From a virus (taxonomy: Duplodnaviria; Heunggongvirae; Uroviricota; Caudoviricetes), in IMG/VR virus record IMGVR_UViG_2909251562_000001: a stretch of 49,376 nucleotides of DNA; one strand, written 5' to 3'. Below are positions 17,121-30,609 of this stretch, one piece after another. Made by a program: the position numbers and the translations under genes. The stretch's first letter is position 1. Every line of letters starts with the position of its first letter. The notes under the pieces are model-generated. The model had not been told where the DNA came from. It ran no database searches and saw nothing but the letters and a program-made list of their open reading frames with translations.

Positions 17121-17183
17121 AAGGCATATATTTCATGCAAATCTGATATTTTGCCGATTTTGTACGTGATGGCAAAAGCAAAC

Positions 17184-17210
17184 AAAACCCGCCCACAAGC
17201 GGGTTTTTTT
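17184..17210 (+). terminator. tR'-like intrinsic terminator downstream of Q
   Basis: AAAACCCGC-CCACAA-GCGGGTTTTTTT hairpin with U-tract, about 65 nt after the Q stop. Confidence 0.6.
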
Positions 17211-17330
17211 GTGCCACTTATCTCGGATAGAAATGGTGAATGCGCTGGTGGAGGAAGTAAGGGTAATTTTTAACCAGGTGATTCTTGAATGCTTGCAACA
17301 TTTATTTCGTAACGTTATTATCCTGCGCCC

Positions 17331-17406
17331 GGCCCTTTAGCTCAGTGGTGAGAGCGAGCGACTCATAATCGCCAGGTCGCTGGTTCAAATCCAGCAAGGG
17401 CCACCA
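17331..17406 (+). tRNA. tRNA with CAU anticodon (Ile2 lysidine-type or Met)
   Basis: 76 nt with encoded CCA; 7-bp acceptor stem GGCCCTT/AAGGGCC; anticodon loop CUCAUAA; closely resembles E. coli ileX as recalled. Confidence 0.85.
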
Positions 17407-17407
17407 A

Positions 17408-17484
17408 CCGTCACCAGTTCATCAGGAAAGAGCGTCAACCCTTTAAGTTGAGTGTGCGAGGTTCGAGTCCCCGGTGGCGGTCCA
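17408..17484 (+). tRNA. atypical tRNA-like gene (anticodon loop CCUUUAA, possibly Lys-UUU)
   Basis: 77 nt ending in CCA; acceptor CCGTCAC/GTGGCGG (one G-U pair); T-arm with TTCGAGT loop; anticodon stem TCAAC/GTTGA. Position 33 is C rather than U and the 5' nucleotide is C. Confidence 0.4.
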
Positions 17485-17486
17485 GT

Positions 17487-17562
<76 letters not shown>

Positions 17563-17565
17563 TAT

Positions 17566-17640
<75 letters not shown>

Positions 17641-17914
17641 GCATTTGAAATAAGCCTTATTGTATTGCAGCACTGGCGTATTTTTTATTACGTGGGAGCA
17701 GGTTGTTTTAAGAGACATTCTGTTCTCTGGCTATAATTTGAGGCCAGGTGTAGCCTCAGTGCTGATTTTTTTACGACAGCAGAATGGTGCATTATCGGTG
17801 GAGATTTTGTATTTCCTGGCAGGGTCGGTGATGCATCATTCCGATGTTGTAAGCATCGCTCAGAATAACGTTGAGATTAATCGCGTACTAAGCAAAACCT
17901 GGAAATACATCCTT

Positions 17915-17941
17915 AACCGCCGCACCAGGCGGTTTTTTTTA
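17915..17941 (+). terminator. intrinsic terminator after the tRNA cluster
   Basis: AACCGCC-GCACCA-GGCGGTT followed by a run of nine T. Confidence 0.55.
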
Positions 17942-18107
17942 TTCATTTTTTTTTCATGGCTCGCTACGGCGGGCCTTTTTCATATCCTCGCCACACCCGG
18001 CGCATATCACATCAAATAACGCCGCGCAAAAGGCATCTGCGGGTGCCTTTGACGGGGTGTTTTTACGGGCCGCTGGTGGCCCTTTTTTATTTACAGGAGA
18101 AAAACGT

Positions 18108-18497
18108 ATGTCTGAACCCTTATCCGGTTCCGGCACGGCTGCGGCGCTCGGTGGGGCGACGGTGTACGGGCTGTTTACCGGAACGGATTTCGGGATTGTG
18201 TTTGGTGCGTTCGCCGGGGCGTTATTTGTGGCAACGATGCCGCAGGCGCTTTCAGTCTGGCGTGTGGTGGCGCATTTTTTGGTGTCGTTTATCGTCGGCG
18301 TGCTGGGGGCGCGCGTGCTGTCAGCCTGGATTGCATCAAAAACAGGGTATGACGGTACATCGGCAGATGCGCTGTGTGCGGTGCTGGTATCGGTGGTGTC
18401 GGTGAAGATTCTGTCGTTCATCCACCAGCAGGATATTGCATCGCTGGTGTCCGGTGTGTTCTCCCGTCTGCGGGGTGGAGGCGGTAATGTTAAGTAA
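18108..18497 (+). CDS. putative holin (multi-pass membrane protein)
   Basis: ATG 18108 with AGGAGA Shine-Dalgarno; about 129 aa with three hydrophobic segments; first gene of the lysis cassette. Confidence 0.6.
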   Translation: MSEPLSGSGTAAALGGATVYGLFTGTDFGIVFGAFAGALFVATMPQALSVWRVVAHFLVSFIVGVLGARVLSAWIASKTGYDGTSADALCAVLVSVVSVKILSFIHQQDIASLVSGVFSRLRGGGGNVK

Positions 18498-18762
18498 CCT
18501 TCCCGGATTACTGAATGTGGTGTTAAGCACGGTTATCGTGCTGACGCTCTTTTTTTATCGTCGTGGTGATTCCAGACATAAACCGCTGATGTCGTGGCTG
18601 GCCTGGCTGCTGATGCTGCTGTATGCCTTTGCGCCACTTTGTTATCTGTGTGGTCGCTTTCCACCCGGTAACTGGCTGGTCGTCCTGATTAACCTGGTGT
18701 TCTGCGTGCTGGTGATACGAGCACGCGGGAACGTATCAAAAATCCTTTCATTACGGAGGTGA
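18487..18762 (+). CDS. second holin-like membrane protein
   Basis: 91 aa with three hydrophobic segments; overlaps the previous gene by 11 nt and the endolysin by 4 nt. Confidence 0.5.
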   Translation: MLSNLPGLLNVVLSTVIVLTLFFYRRGDSRHKPLMSWLAWLLMLLYAFAPLCYLCGRFPPGNWLVVLINLVFCVLVIRARGNVSKILSLRR

Positions 18763-19142
18763 GTATGCCCGGTAAATTCAGATTCAGTCGTCGAAGTGAG
18801 AAAAATCTGGAGGGCGTCAAACCACAGCTGGTTGCTGTTGTTCGCCGTGCGCTGGAGCTGACGGAGGTTGACTTCGGTATTACGGAAGGCCTGCGCAGTA
18901 AGTATCGCCAGAAGCAGCTGGTCGCGGAAGGGAAAAGCCAGACCATGAACAGCCGCCACCTGACCGGTGATGCGGTGGATGTTGTGGCCTACATTGGTAG
19001 CCAGGTGTCATGGGACTGGCCTCTGTACGAGAAAATCGCGCAGGCATTTAAGCAGGCTGCCGCAGAGCTGGGAACTGCCATCGAATGGGGCGGGGACTGG
19101 AAAACACTGAAAGACGGGCCTCACTTTCAGTTGAAGCGCTAA
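18759..19142 (+). CDS. endolysin, peptidase M15 (VanY-like) family
   Basis: 127 aa with Zn-ligand motifs SRHLTGDAVD and DGPHFQL. Confidence 0.8.
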   Translation: MSMPGKFRFSRRSEKNLEGVKPQLVAVVRRALELTEVDFGITEGLRSKYRQKQLVAEGKSQTMNSRHLTGDAVDVVAYIGSQVSWDWPLYEKIAQAFKQAAAELGTAIEWGGDWKTLKDGPHFQLKR

Positions 19143-19156
19143 TAACCAGGTGGTTT

Positions 19157-19339
19157 ATGAGCCGAAAACACTGGACACACAGAATGCCGCGAACGGCGGC
19201 GAAATGGGCACTGGTAGCGATACTGGTGCCTTTTTTCCTGGTGGGATGCGTTAGCCTGGATAAGGTGCGCCAGCTTTTCGATACGGCCTCGCAGGTCTGC
19301 GAAATTGTCGAAAGTGCCAGGCAGTGTATGCAGAACTGA
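19157..19339 (+). CDS. small lipoprotein, o-spanin (Rz1)-like
   Basis: 60 aa; signal peptide ending in lipobox LVGC; directly after the endolysin. Confidence 0.45.
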   Translation: MSRKHWTHRMPRTAAKWALVAILVPFFLVGCVSLDKVRQLFDTASQVCEIVESARQCMQN

Positions 19340-19402
19340 TCGCCTGTAAGAGCAGAATATTGTTGAATCTAAGTAAGCGGCTCGTCAGAACCGTATTGAT
19401 AT

Positions 19403-20974
19403 TTACTGAGAGCTCAGATCAACTTTCCAGGGCAACAGATCGCGTACCCGGTTTGCCGGCCAGTCCTGGATATGTTCAATGACGTAGCGCAGCCACTTTT
19501 CTGGCTCCACATTGTTCAGACGGCATGTGCCGATCAGCGAGTACAACACCGCCGCATGTTCACCACCGCTGTCGGAACCCGCGAACATCCACTTTTTCCG
19601 GCCTACGGCCACTCCCCGTAAGGCGTTCTCTGCGATGTTGTTGTCGATTTCCACCCAGCCATTACTGCAGTACACGTTCAGTGCATCCCACTGTTTCAGC
19701 AGGTATGCGAACGCTTTTGCCGTATCTGAGTGACGCGACAGTGTTTTCATCTGTTGCTGTATCCAGTCATACAGTGACTGCATCAGTGGCGCGGCTCTGG
19801 TTTTTCTTGCCGCCAGACGCTGTTCTGCTGAACAGCCCCGGACCTCTGCCTCGATGGCATACAGTTCACCGATACGCTGCAGGGCTTCCGTGGTGATGTC
19901 GGTGGGCGCTCTTGCATGCACATCGTGGATTTTTCTCCGGGCATGAGCCATACACGCGGCTTCCGTTATTCTGCCGGATTCGTATAACGCCCGGTAACCA
20001 CCGTAAGCATCGGCCTGAAGCACACCGCTGTAACCGGCCAGGTGATTTTGTGGATGGATACCTTTCCGGTCCGGACTGTACGCGAACCAGACCGCCGGGG
20101 GCATCTGTGAACCGGCGTTACGGTCATCACGGACGTAGACCCACAGCCGGGCTGTCCGGGTTTTACCGCTGCCCGGCTCCTGGACCGGGACGGGGATATC
20201 ATCAGCATGGACTTTACCGGGCATCAGCACATACTGGCGCAGGACGTCATACAGCGGCTCCAGTAGTTCAGCAACGGCACCTGTCCAGCGCCCCAGTGTG
20301 GCACGGCTCAGCTCCACACCCTGACGGCGGTATATCTCTGACTGGCGGTATAACGGCAGATGGTCTGCATATTTTCCGGTGACGACATGGGCCAGGAGCC
20401 CCGCTCCGGCATAACTGCGTGCAATGGGTTTTGAAGGTACTGGTGCCTGCACGATATGGTCGCACCGACAACAGGCCAGTTTCGGACGTTGTGTTTCGAT
20501 AACCTTAAAGGCGCTGCTGATAAGCTCCAGTTGCTCTGACACATCACATCCCAGAGAACTGAGTTCACCACCACAGGCAGGACAGCATTCCTCTTCCGGC
20601 CGGATAACCCGGGTTTCACGGGGAAGTGAGGCCGGTAACGGTTTACGGGCTGAAGACTGGCGCAGGGCGGATGGCAGTACCGGGTCATATTGCTCACCCA
20701 GCGTTTCCGCCATTTCTTCCTGAAGTGCGCTGATTCGCTCCTGTGCTTCCTGTATCTGCCGTTCGGTTTTTGCACGAAGTTTTTCTGAGCTTTTACCGAA
20801 CTGCATACGTTGCAGTTTCGCAACCAGCGCCTTCAGCCGGTTGATTTCGGAAGCATAAGCCGCCACCCGCTGTGAGAGCAGGCGGTTGTATTCAGCCATC
20901 TGGCGGATGGTGTCCTGTTGCGTCTGCAACAGTGCCCGCAGGCGGGCGTTCTCATGAGCAAGTGAGGTGTCCAT
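19403..20974 (-). CDS. tnpC: IS66-family transposase TnpC
   Basis: 523 aa with N-terminal coiled-coil/leucine-zipper region, Cys cluster (CPACGG...CRC) and DDE-type core typical of IS66 transposases. Confidence 0.9.
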   Translation of the reverse strand: MDTSLAHENARLRALLQTQQDTIRQMAEYNRLLSQRVAAYASEINRLKALVAKLQRMQFGKSSEKLRAKTERQIQEAQERISALQEEMAETLGEQYDPVLPSALRQSSARKPLPASLPRETRVIRPEEECCPACGGELSSLGCDVSEQLELISSAFKVIETQRPKLACCRCDHIVQAPVPSKPIARSYAGAGLLAHVVTGKYADHLPLYRQSEIYRRQGVELSRATLGRWTGAVAELLEPLYDVLRQYVLMPGKVHADDIPVPVQEPGSGKTRTARLWVYVRDDRNAGSQMPPAVWFAYSPDRKGIHPQNHLAGYSGVLQADAYGGYRALYESGRITEAACMAHARRKIHDVHARAPTDITTEALQRIGELYAIEAEVRGCSAEQRLAARKTRAAPLMQSLYDWIQQQMKTLSRHSDTAKAFAYLLKQWDALNVYCSNGWVEIDNNIAENALRGVAVGRKKWMFAGSDSGGEHAAVLYSLIGTCRLNNVEPEKWLRYVIEHIQDWPANRVRDLLPWKVDLSSQ

Positions 20975-20993
20975 ATCCTCACTTTACAACGGG

Positions 20994-21341
20994 TTATATG
21001 CGGATTCCAGCGCGTTCCGTTCGTTTCGGGTGCTTCCAGTTGATACCTTCAAGAAGCATGGATAACTGAGCCGGAGTAAGGTGCACCTTGCCGTCACGGG
21101 TGACTGGCCAGACGAAGCGGCCCCGCTCCAGGCGTTTGGTGAAGAGGCACAGTCCGTCACTGTCAGCCCACAACACTTTTATCTGGTCACCCCGGCGTCC
21201 GCGGAAGATGAACAGGTGTCCGGAGAACGGGTCATCCTTCAGGACGTTCTGAACTTTTGATGCCAGGCCGTTAAAGCCATTTCGCATATCGGTGATACCT
21301 GCAACCAGCCAGATACGCGAACCTGCAGGGAGAGATATCAT
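20994..21341 (-). CDS. tnpB: IS66 Orf2 (TnpB) accessory protein
   Basis: 115 aa, MISLPAGSRIWLVAGITDMRNGFNGL... matches the conserved IS66 Orf2 family. Confidence 0.85.
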   Translation of the reverse strand: MISLPAGSRIWLVAGITDMRNGFNGLASKVQNVLKDDPFSGHLFIFRGRRGDQIKVLWADSDGLCLFTKRLERGRFVWPVTRDGKVHLTPAQLSMLLEGINWKHPKRTERAGIRI

Positions 21342-22018
21342 CAGTGGCTGCTCCCTTTTATTTCGCGGATAAGTGTCTGTAATAACGCCGGCGTCAGTTT
21401 ACCTTTAAGCCTGAGAGTTCCGGCCGGCAGAACCAGCTCACAACACAGACTGTCGGACGGTGTATTTATCTGCTCTGGTTCCTGTGCGGGGGCCGGGATT
21501 TTATTATCCGGCTCCGGCGTTAACGTCACGGGAAGCAGTGCCGGCATATTTTTTCCGGAAGGCAGCAGGCCACCTTTCCGGTATTGATGGCGCCAGTTGA
21601 AGAGCAGGTTATCGTTGATTCCGTTTTCCCGGGCGATCTGCGCCACACAGGCTCCGGGCTGCAGTGACTGCTCCACTAAGGCGATTTTAAACTCATAAGG
21701 GAAGTTGGGCCGCCGGGGACGTTTTTTTACCACGGGGGCTTCGGATATAACGGTGCTTTCAGGACGTACGACTGGTACCGTGGAAAATTGTCCGTAAAGG
21801 CAGGCATCAAGTTCCTGCTCCGACATGCCTGCGGGCAAAGGCCACGAAAGGCCAGCTCTCCGAAAGCGCACGAACATACTACAAACTGTTGATTTTGGTA
21901 CACCCAGGCGACGCCCGGCCACAACCCGGGGTAAATGTTCTTCAAAGTGAAGACGTAAAGCTTCAGTGATCCAGGTCCGGTGTTTCATACGATAGTGTCC
22001 ATTAAAAATGATGGACAT
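21341..22018 (-). CDS. tnpA: IS66 Orf1 (TnpA-like) accessory protein
   Basis: 225-aa ORF (start may be internal) with HTH-like N-terminus; stop overlaps the Orf2 start. Confidence 0.65.
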   Translation of the reverse strand: MSIIFNGHYRMKHRTWITEALRLHFEEHLPRVVAGRRLGVPKSTVCSMFVRFRRAGLSWPLPAGMSEQELDACLYGQFSTVPVVRPESTVISEAPVVKKRPRRPNFPYEFKIALVEQSLQPGACVAQIARENGINDNLLFNWRHQYRKGGLLPSGKNMPALLPVTLTPEPDNKIPAPAQEPEQINTPSDSLCCELVLPAGTLRLKGKLTPALLQTLIREIKGSSH

Positions 22019-22133
22019 TATTTTTGTAGAGCCGGAGGAAACAGACCAGACGGTTTAAATGAGCCGGTTACGAATCTAAATTTACTTTGAACAGTGGCCC
22101 GGATGGAAAGGGCATCTAAATAGGAGCAGAAAA

Positions 22134-22343
22134 ATGTTAACTGTAAAAGTCATGTCTCAAAATGGTGGGGAAGAGCTCCATTGCGGGCGTAGCATTGGCT
22201 ATCATCCAGAGCAGCGGAGTATTGCCGTATCGGGAAAGGATGGGAAAGTCATTCTGAAAGATGGAGATATTGCTTATGTAATGAACCAAAACGCTCAAAT
22301 AATATCTGTTTATCGGCCCAATAATAGTCAGAAAAACATTTGA
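22134..22343 (+). CDS. hypothetical small protein (AT-rich moron)
   Basis: 69 aa, AGGAG before the ATG; begins 55 bp from the IS66 target duplication. Confidence 0.5.
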   Translation: MLTVKVMSQNGGEELHCGRSIGYHPEQRSIAVSGKDGKVILKDGDIAYVMNQNAQIISVYRPNNSQKNI

Positions 22344-22466
22344 ATTTCGCAAGTCCAAAGTTCAGTGGTGATCGTTATCAACTAATTGAAATAACAAGCT
22401 TATGTTTGTGTAATTGGTGATATAGCATGTTAATGCTGAATATCAGCGTCAACATGGAGTTATACA

Positions 22467-22682
22467 ATGGTTTTTAAACACTATTACGTGAACAAAAATG
22501 CTCAGAGCAATGGCGATCATGAGGTGCATGCTGAGGAATGTTCATATCTTCCTGCTGTAGCTAACCGCGATTACCTTGGTTACTATAGTGATTGTTCTTC
22601 GGCGGTAACAGAGGCAAAGGCCAAAGGATATTCCCGGGTGAATGGTTGCTATTGGTGTGCCAATAAGTGCCACACGTCTTAA
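22467..22682 (+). CDS. hypothetical Cys-rich small protein (AT-rich moron)
   Basis: 71 aa with GGAG Shine-Dalgarno; six Cys including CYWCANKCH; followed by a terminator. Confidence 0.5.
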   Translation: MVFKHYYVNKNAQSNGDHEVHAEECSYLPAVANRDYLGYYSDCSSAVTEAKAKGYSRVNGCYWCANKCHTS

Positions 22683-22702
22683 TCAATTGTCAATAAACCA
22701 TA

Positions 22703-22724
22703 AAGGCCGCTCTGCGGCCTTTTT
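22703..22724 (+). terminator. intrinsic terminator
   Basis: GGCCGC-TCT-GCGGCC followed by TTTT. Confidence 0.65.
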
Positions 22725-23003
22725 CATGTTAAAAAAGATTGCGGCATTACAGCAGCCCTTCACACTGAGTGGCTGCGATAATGTGAGAAATAAAAAACCG
22801 GCAGGGGAAATCCATTGAAGATTTGCCGGTGGCAAAAAGATGGCCATGCTTTCAACCTTAGTCGCAGGGTTACGGAGTGCAACTACGAATGCTGCCGGTA
22901 TATGGCTGAATGGCGTTTCAATGATGTACGTCATCTTATCTGTAAATGTTAATGATAAACGCTCTCATTTGTGCGGGTCCTTCCGGTGGGGTGGCCTGCC
23001 ACG

Positions 23004-23015
23004 GGGCGGAAGGCG
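23004..23015. other. cosN-equivalent (cohesive-end site), diverged from lambda
   Basis: Flanks align to lambda (upstream ...CACG, downstream CGCGGGTTTTCGCTATTTATGAAAATTTTCCGG is identical) but the 12-nt core reads GGGCGGAAGGCG against lambda GGGCGGCGACCT as recalled. Confidence 0.55.
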
Positions 23016-23054
23016 CGCGGGTTTTCGCTATTTATGAAAATTTTCCGGGGAAAA

Positions 23055-23167
23055 TCATGTCGGTACTTCTCGAACATAACTATTTGTTTTTTCTAATATC
23101 GAATCCGTAAAAGGTCCGACATGAAAACGCCTAAAAAAGTCATTTTCGGGCACTTTCATGTCGGACC
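23055..23167. promoter_or_regulatory. cosB-like terminase-binding region (R3, R2, R1 repeats)
   Basis: Shared core CATGTCGG three times: TCATGTCGGTAC (23055-23066), GGTCCGACATGAAA (23113-23126, inverted) and TTTCATGTCGGACC (23154-23167). R2 and R1 form a perfect 14-bp inverted repeat. Arrangement mirrors lambda cosB. Confidence 0.55.
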
Positions 23168-23191
23168 CTGTGTTTGTTGTGAGACTGTTTC

Positions 23192-23711
23192 ATGAAGGTT
23201 AATAAAAAGAAACTTGCCGAAATTTTCAACGTGGATCCGCGAACGATTGAACGCTGGCAGTCTCAGGGACTCCCTTGCGTCTCCGGAGGTGGTAAGGGCG
23301 TTGAATCTGTATTTGATACCTCCATGGCAATTCAGTGGTATGCGCAGAGGGAGGCTGATATCGAAAATGAAAAACTCCGTAAAGAGGTTGAGGATTTCAG
23401 GGCTGCCAGTGAGGCAGATCTCCAGCCTGGGACTATTGAGTACGAACGCCATCGACTTACGCGTGCGCAGGCTGACGCCCAGGAGCTGAAGAATGCCAGA
23501 GACTCCGCAGAAGTGGTGGAAACCGCATTCTGTACTTTCGTGCTGTCACGGATCGCAGGTGAAATTGCCAGTATTCTTGACGGGATCCCTCTCTCGGTAC
23601 AGCGGCGTTTTCCGGAACTGGAAAACCGACATGTTGATTTCCTGAAACGGGATATCATCAAAGCCATGAACAAAGCAGCCGCGCTGGATGAACTGATACC
23701 GGGGTTGCTGA

Positions 23712-23737
<26 letters not shown>
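23192..23737 (+). CDS. nu1: terminase small subunit Nu1
   Basis: 181 aa. C-terminal two-thirds essentially identical to lambda Nu1 as recalled; N-terminal DNA-binding region diverged. Confidence 0.95.
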
Positions 23738-27418
<3,681 letters not shown>

Positions 27419-27438
<20 letters not shown>

Positions 27439-28738
27439 TCTCCCGCATATTGCCAGTATGGCTTTTAATGAGCCGCTGATGCTTGAACCCGCCTATGCGC
27501 GGGTTTTCTTTTGTGCGCTTGCAGGCCAGCTGGGGATCAGCCGCCTGACGGATGCGGTGTCCGGTGACAGCCTGACTGCCGGAGAGGCACCCGCGACGCT
27601 GGCGTTATCCGGTAATGATGACGGGCCACGACAGGCCCGCAGTTATCAGGTCATGAACGGCATCGCCGTGCTGCCGGTGTCCGGCACGCTGGTCAGCCGG
27701 ACGCGGGCGCTGCAGCCGTATTCGGGGATGACCGGTTACAACGGCATTATCGCCCGTCTGCAACAGGCTGCCAGCGACCCGATGGTGGACGGCATTCTGC
27801 TGGATATGGACACGCCCGGCGGAATGGTGGCAGGGGCATTTGACTGCGCTGACATCATCGCCCGTGTGCGTGACATAAAGCCGGTATGGGCGCTGGCCAA
27901 TGACATGAACTGCAGCGCAGGTCAGCTGCTTGCCAGTGCCGCCTCCCGGCGTCTGGTCACGCAGACCGCCCGGACAGGCTCCATCGGCGTCATGATGGCC
28001 CACAGTAATTACGGTGCTGCGCTGGAGAAACAGGGCGTGGAAATCACGCTGATTTACAGCGGCAGCCATAAGGTGGATGGCAACCCCTACAGCCATCTAC
28101 CGGATGATGTCCGGGAGACACTGCAGTCCCGGATGGATGCAACCCGCCGGATGTTTGCACAGAAGGTGTCGGCATATACCGGCCTGTCCGTGCAGGCTGT
28201 GCTGGATACCGAGGCTGCAGTGTACAGCGGTCAGGAGGCCATTGATGCCGGACTGGCTGATGAACTTGTTAACAGTACCGATGCGATCACCGTCATGCGT
28301 GATGCACTGGATGCACGTAAATCCCGTCTCTCAGGAGGGCGAATGACCAAAGAGACTCAATCAACAACTGTTTCAGCCACTGCTTCGCAGGCTGACGTTA
28401 CTGGCGTGGTGCAAGCGACGGAGGGCGAGAACGCCAGCGCTGCGCAGCCGGACGTGAACGCGCAGATCACCGCAGCGGTTGCGGCAGAAAACAGTCGCAT
28501 TATGGGGATCCTCAACTGTGAGGAGGCTCACGGACGCGAAGAACAGGCACGCGTGCTGGCCGAAACCCCCGGTATGACCGTGGAAACGGCCCGCCGTATT
28601 CTGGCCGCAGCACCACAGAGTGCACAGGCGCGCAGTGACACTGCGCTGGATCGTCTGATGCAGGGGGCACCGGCACCGCTGGCTGCAGGTAACCCGGCAT
28701 CTGATGCCGTTAACGATTTGCTGAACACACCAGTGTAA
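27419..28738 (+). CDS. C: capsid assembly protease C
   Basis: GTG start at 27419 after GGAGGAG, giving 439 aa as in lambda gpC. The ORF-track Met at 27305 would overlap B by 134 nt. Confidence 0.9.
28343..28738 (+). CDS. nu3: scaffolding protein Nu3 (in-frame internal start within C)
   Basis: Internal ATG at 28343 with AGGAGGG Shine-Dalgarno gives 131 aa sharing the C-terminus of C, as in lambda. Confidence 0.75.
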   Translation: MTKETQSTTVSATASQADVTGVVQATEGENASAAQPDVNAQITAAVAAENSRIMGILNCEEAHGREEQARVLAETPGMTVETARRILAAAPQSAQARSDTALDRLMQGAPAPLAAGNPASDAVNDLLNTPV

Positions 28739-28747
28739 GGGATGTTT

Positions 28748-29080
28748 ATGACGAGCAAAGAAACCTTTACCCATTACCAGCCGCTGGGCAACAGTGACCC
28801 GGCTCATACCGCAACCGCGCCCGGCGGATTGAGTGCGAAAGCGCCTGCAATGACCCCGCTGATGCTGAACACCTCCACCCGTAAGCTGGTTGCGTGGGAT
28901 GGCACCACCGACGGTGCTGCCGTTGGCATTCTGGCGGTTGCTGCTGACCAGACCAGCACCACACTGACGTTCTACAAGTCCGGCACGTTCCGTTATGAGG
29001 ATGTGCTCTGGCCGGAGGCTGCCAGCGACGAGACGAAAAAACGGACCGCGTTTGCCGGAACGGCAATCAGCATCGTTTAA
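28748..29080 (+). CDS. D: head decoration protein D
   Basis: 110 aa, [12 protein letters not shown]..., near-identical to lambda gpD. Confidence 0.95.
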   Translation: MTSKETFTHYQPLGNSDPAHTATAPGGLSAKAPAMTPLMLNTSTRKLVAWDGTTDGAAVGILAVAADQTSTTLTFYKSGTFRYEDVLWPEAASDETKKRTAFAGTAISIV

Positions 29081-29100
29081 CCTGACCCTTCATCACTAAA

Positions 29101-29122
29101 GGCCGCCTGTGCGGCTTTTTTT
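29101..29122 (+). other. conserved stem-loop between D and E
   Basis: GGCCGC-CTGT-GCGGC followed by seven T; also present between lambda D and E as recalled. Confidence 0.5.
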
Positions 29123-29135
29123 ACGGGATTTTTTT

Positions 29136-30161
29136 ATGTCGATGTACACAACCGCCCAACTGCTGGCGGCAAATGAGCAGAAATTTAAGTTTGATCCGCT
29201 GTTTCTGCGTCTCTTTTTCCGTGAGAGCTATCCCTTCACCACGGAGAAAGTCTATCTCTCACAAATTCCGGGACTGGTAAACATGGCGCTGTACGTTTCG
29301 CCGATTGTTTCCGGTGAGGTTATCCGCTCCCGTGGCGGCTCCACCTCTGAATTTACACCGGGATATGTCAAGCCCAAGCATGAGGTGAATCCGCAGATGA
29401 CCCTGCGTCGCCTGCCGGATGAAGATCCACAGAATCTGGCGGACCCGGCTTACCGCCGCCGTCGCATCATCCTGCAGAACATGCGAGACGAAGAGCTGGC
29501 CATTGCCCAGGTCGAAGAGATGCAGGCAGTTTCTGCCGTGCTTAAGGGCAAATACACCATGACCGGTGAAGCCTTCGATCCGGTTGAGGTGGATATGGGT
29601 CGCAGTGAAGCGAATAACATCACGCAGTCCGGCAGCACGGAGTGGAGCAAGCGCGACAAGTCCACGTATGACCCGACCGACGATATCGAAGCCTACGCGC
29701 TGAACGCCAGCGGTGTGGTGAATATTATCGTTTTTGATCCGAAAGGCTGGGCGCTGTTCCGTTCCTTCAAAGCCGTCAGGGAGAAGCTGGATACCCGTCG
29801 CGGCTCTCATTCCGAGCTGGAGACAGCGGTGAAAGACCTGGGCAAAGCGGTGTCCTATAAGGGGATGTATGGCGATGTGGCCATCGTCGTGTATTCCGGA
29901 CAGTACGTGGAAAACGGCGTCAAAAAGAACTTTCTGCCGGACAACACGATGGTGCTGGGGAACACTCAGGCTCGCGGTCTGCGCACCTATGGCTGCATTC
30001 AGGATGCGGACGCACAGCGCGAAGGTATTAACGCTTCTGCCCGCTACCCGAAAAACTGGGTGACCAGCGGCGATCCGGCGCGTGAGTTCACCATGATTCA
30101 GTCAGCACCGCTGATGCTGCTGGCTGATCCTGATGAGTTCGTGTCCGTTCAACTGGCGTAA
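29136..30161 (+). CDS. E: major capsid protein E
   Basis: 341 aa from MSMYTTAQLLA..., near-identical to lambda gpE. Confidence 0.97.
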   Translation: MSMYTTAQLLAANEQKFKFDPLFLRLFFRESYPFTTEKVYLSQIPGLVNMALYVSPIVSGEVIRSRGGSTSEFTPGYVKPKHEVNPQMTLRRLPDEDPQNLADPAYRRRRIILQNMRDEELAIAQVEEMQAVSAVLKGKYTMTGEAFDPVEVDMGRSEANNITQSGSTEWSKRDKSTYDPTDDIEAYALNASGVVNIIVFDPKGWALFRSFKAVREKLDTRRGSHSELETAVKDLGKAVSYKGMYGDVAIVVYSGQYVENGVKKNFLPDNTMVLGNTQARGLRTYGCIQDADAQREGINASARYPKNWVTSGDPAREFTMIQSAPLMLLADPDEFVSVQLA

Positions 30162-30202
30162 TCATGGCCCTTCGGGGCCATTTTCTCTCTGTGGAGGAGT
30201 CC

Positions 30203-30598
30203 ATGACGAAAGATGAACTGATTGCCCGTCTCCGGTCGCTGGGTGAGCAACTGAACCGTGATGTCAGCCTGACGGGGACGAAAGAAGAACTGGCGCTCCG
30301 TGTGGCAGAGCTGGAAGAGGAGCTTGATGACAAGGATGACGCAGCCGGTCAGGACACGTCTGTCAGCCCGGAAAATGCGCTGACCGGACATGAAAATGAG
30401 GTGGTATCAGCACAGACGGATACCGTGACTGATACGGCTGTTCTGGTCACGGTTGTGGCACTGGTGACGCTGCATACCGATGCACTTCACGCCACGCGGG
30501 ATGAGGCTGTGGCATTTGTGCTGCCGGGAACGGCGTTCCGTGTCTCTGCCGGTGTGGCAGCTGAAATGACAGAGCGCGGCCTGGCCAGAATGCAATAA
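30203..30598 (+). CDS. FI: DNA-packaging protein FI
   Basis: 131 aa from MTKDELIARLR..., lambda gpFI-like. Confidence 0.9.
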   Translation: MTKDELIARLRSLGEQLNRDVSLTGTKEELALRVAELEEELDDKDDAAGQDTSVSPENALTGHENEVVSAQTDTVTDTAVLVTVVALVTLHTDALHATRDEAVAFVLPGTAFRVSAGVAAEMTERGLARMQ

Positions 30599-30609
30599 CG
30601 GGAGGCGCT

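Larger units (their letters stand above)
19373..22071 (-). mobile_element. IS66-family insertion sequence, intact, with 8-bp target-site duplication
   Basis: 2699 bp. Imperfect terminal inverted repeats GTAAGCGGCTCGTCAGAACCGT (left) and GTAACCGGCTCATTTAAACCGT (reverse complement of right end). Flanked by GAATCTAA at 19365-19372 and 22072-22079. Carries three transposition ORFs. Confidence 0.85.

Noticed and set aside
17660-18019. 119-aa plus-strand ORF between the tRNA cluster and the holin
   Set aside because: It runs through an intrinsic terminator (17915-17941) and a T-rich intergenic stretch; the downstream holin has its own strong Shine-Dalgarno.
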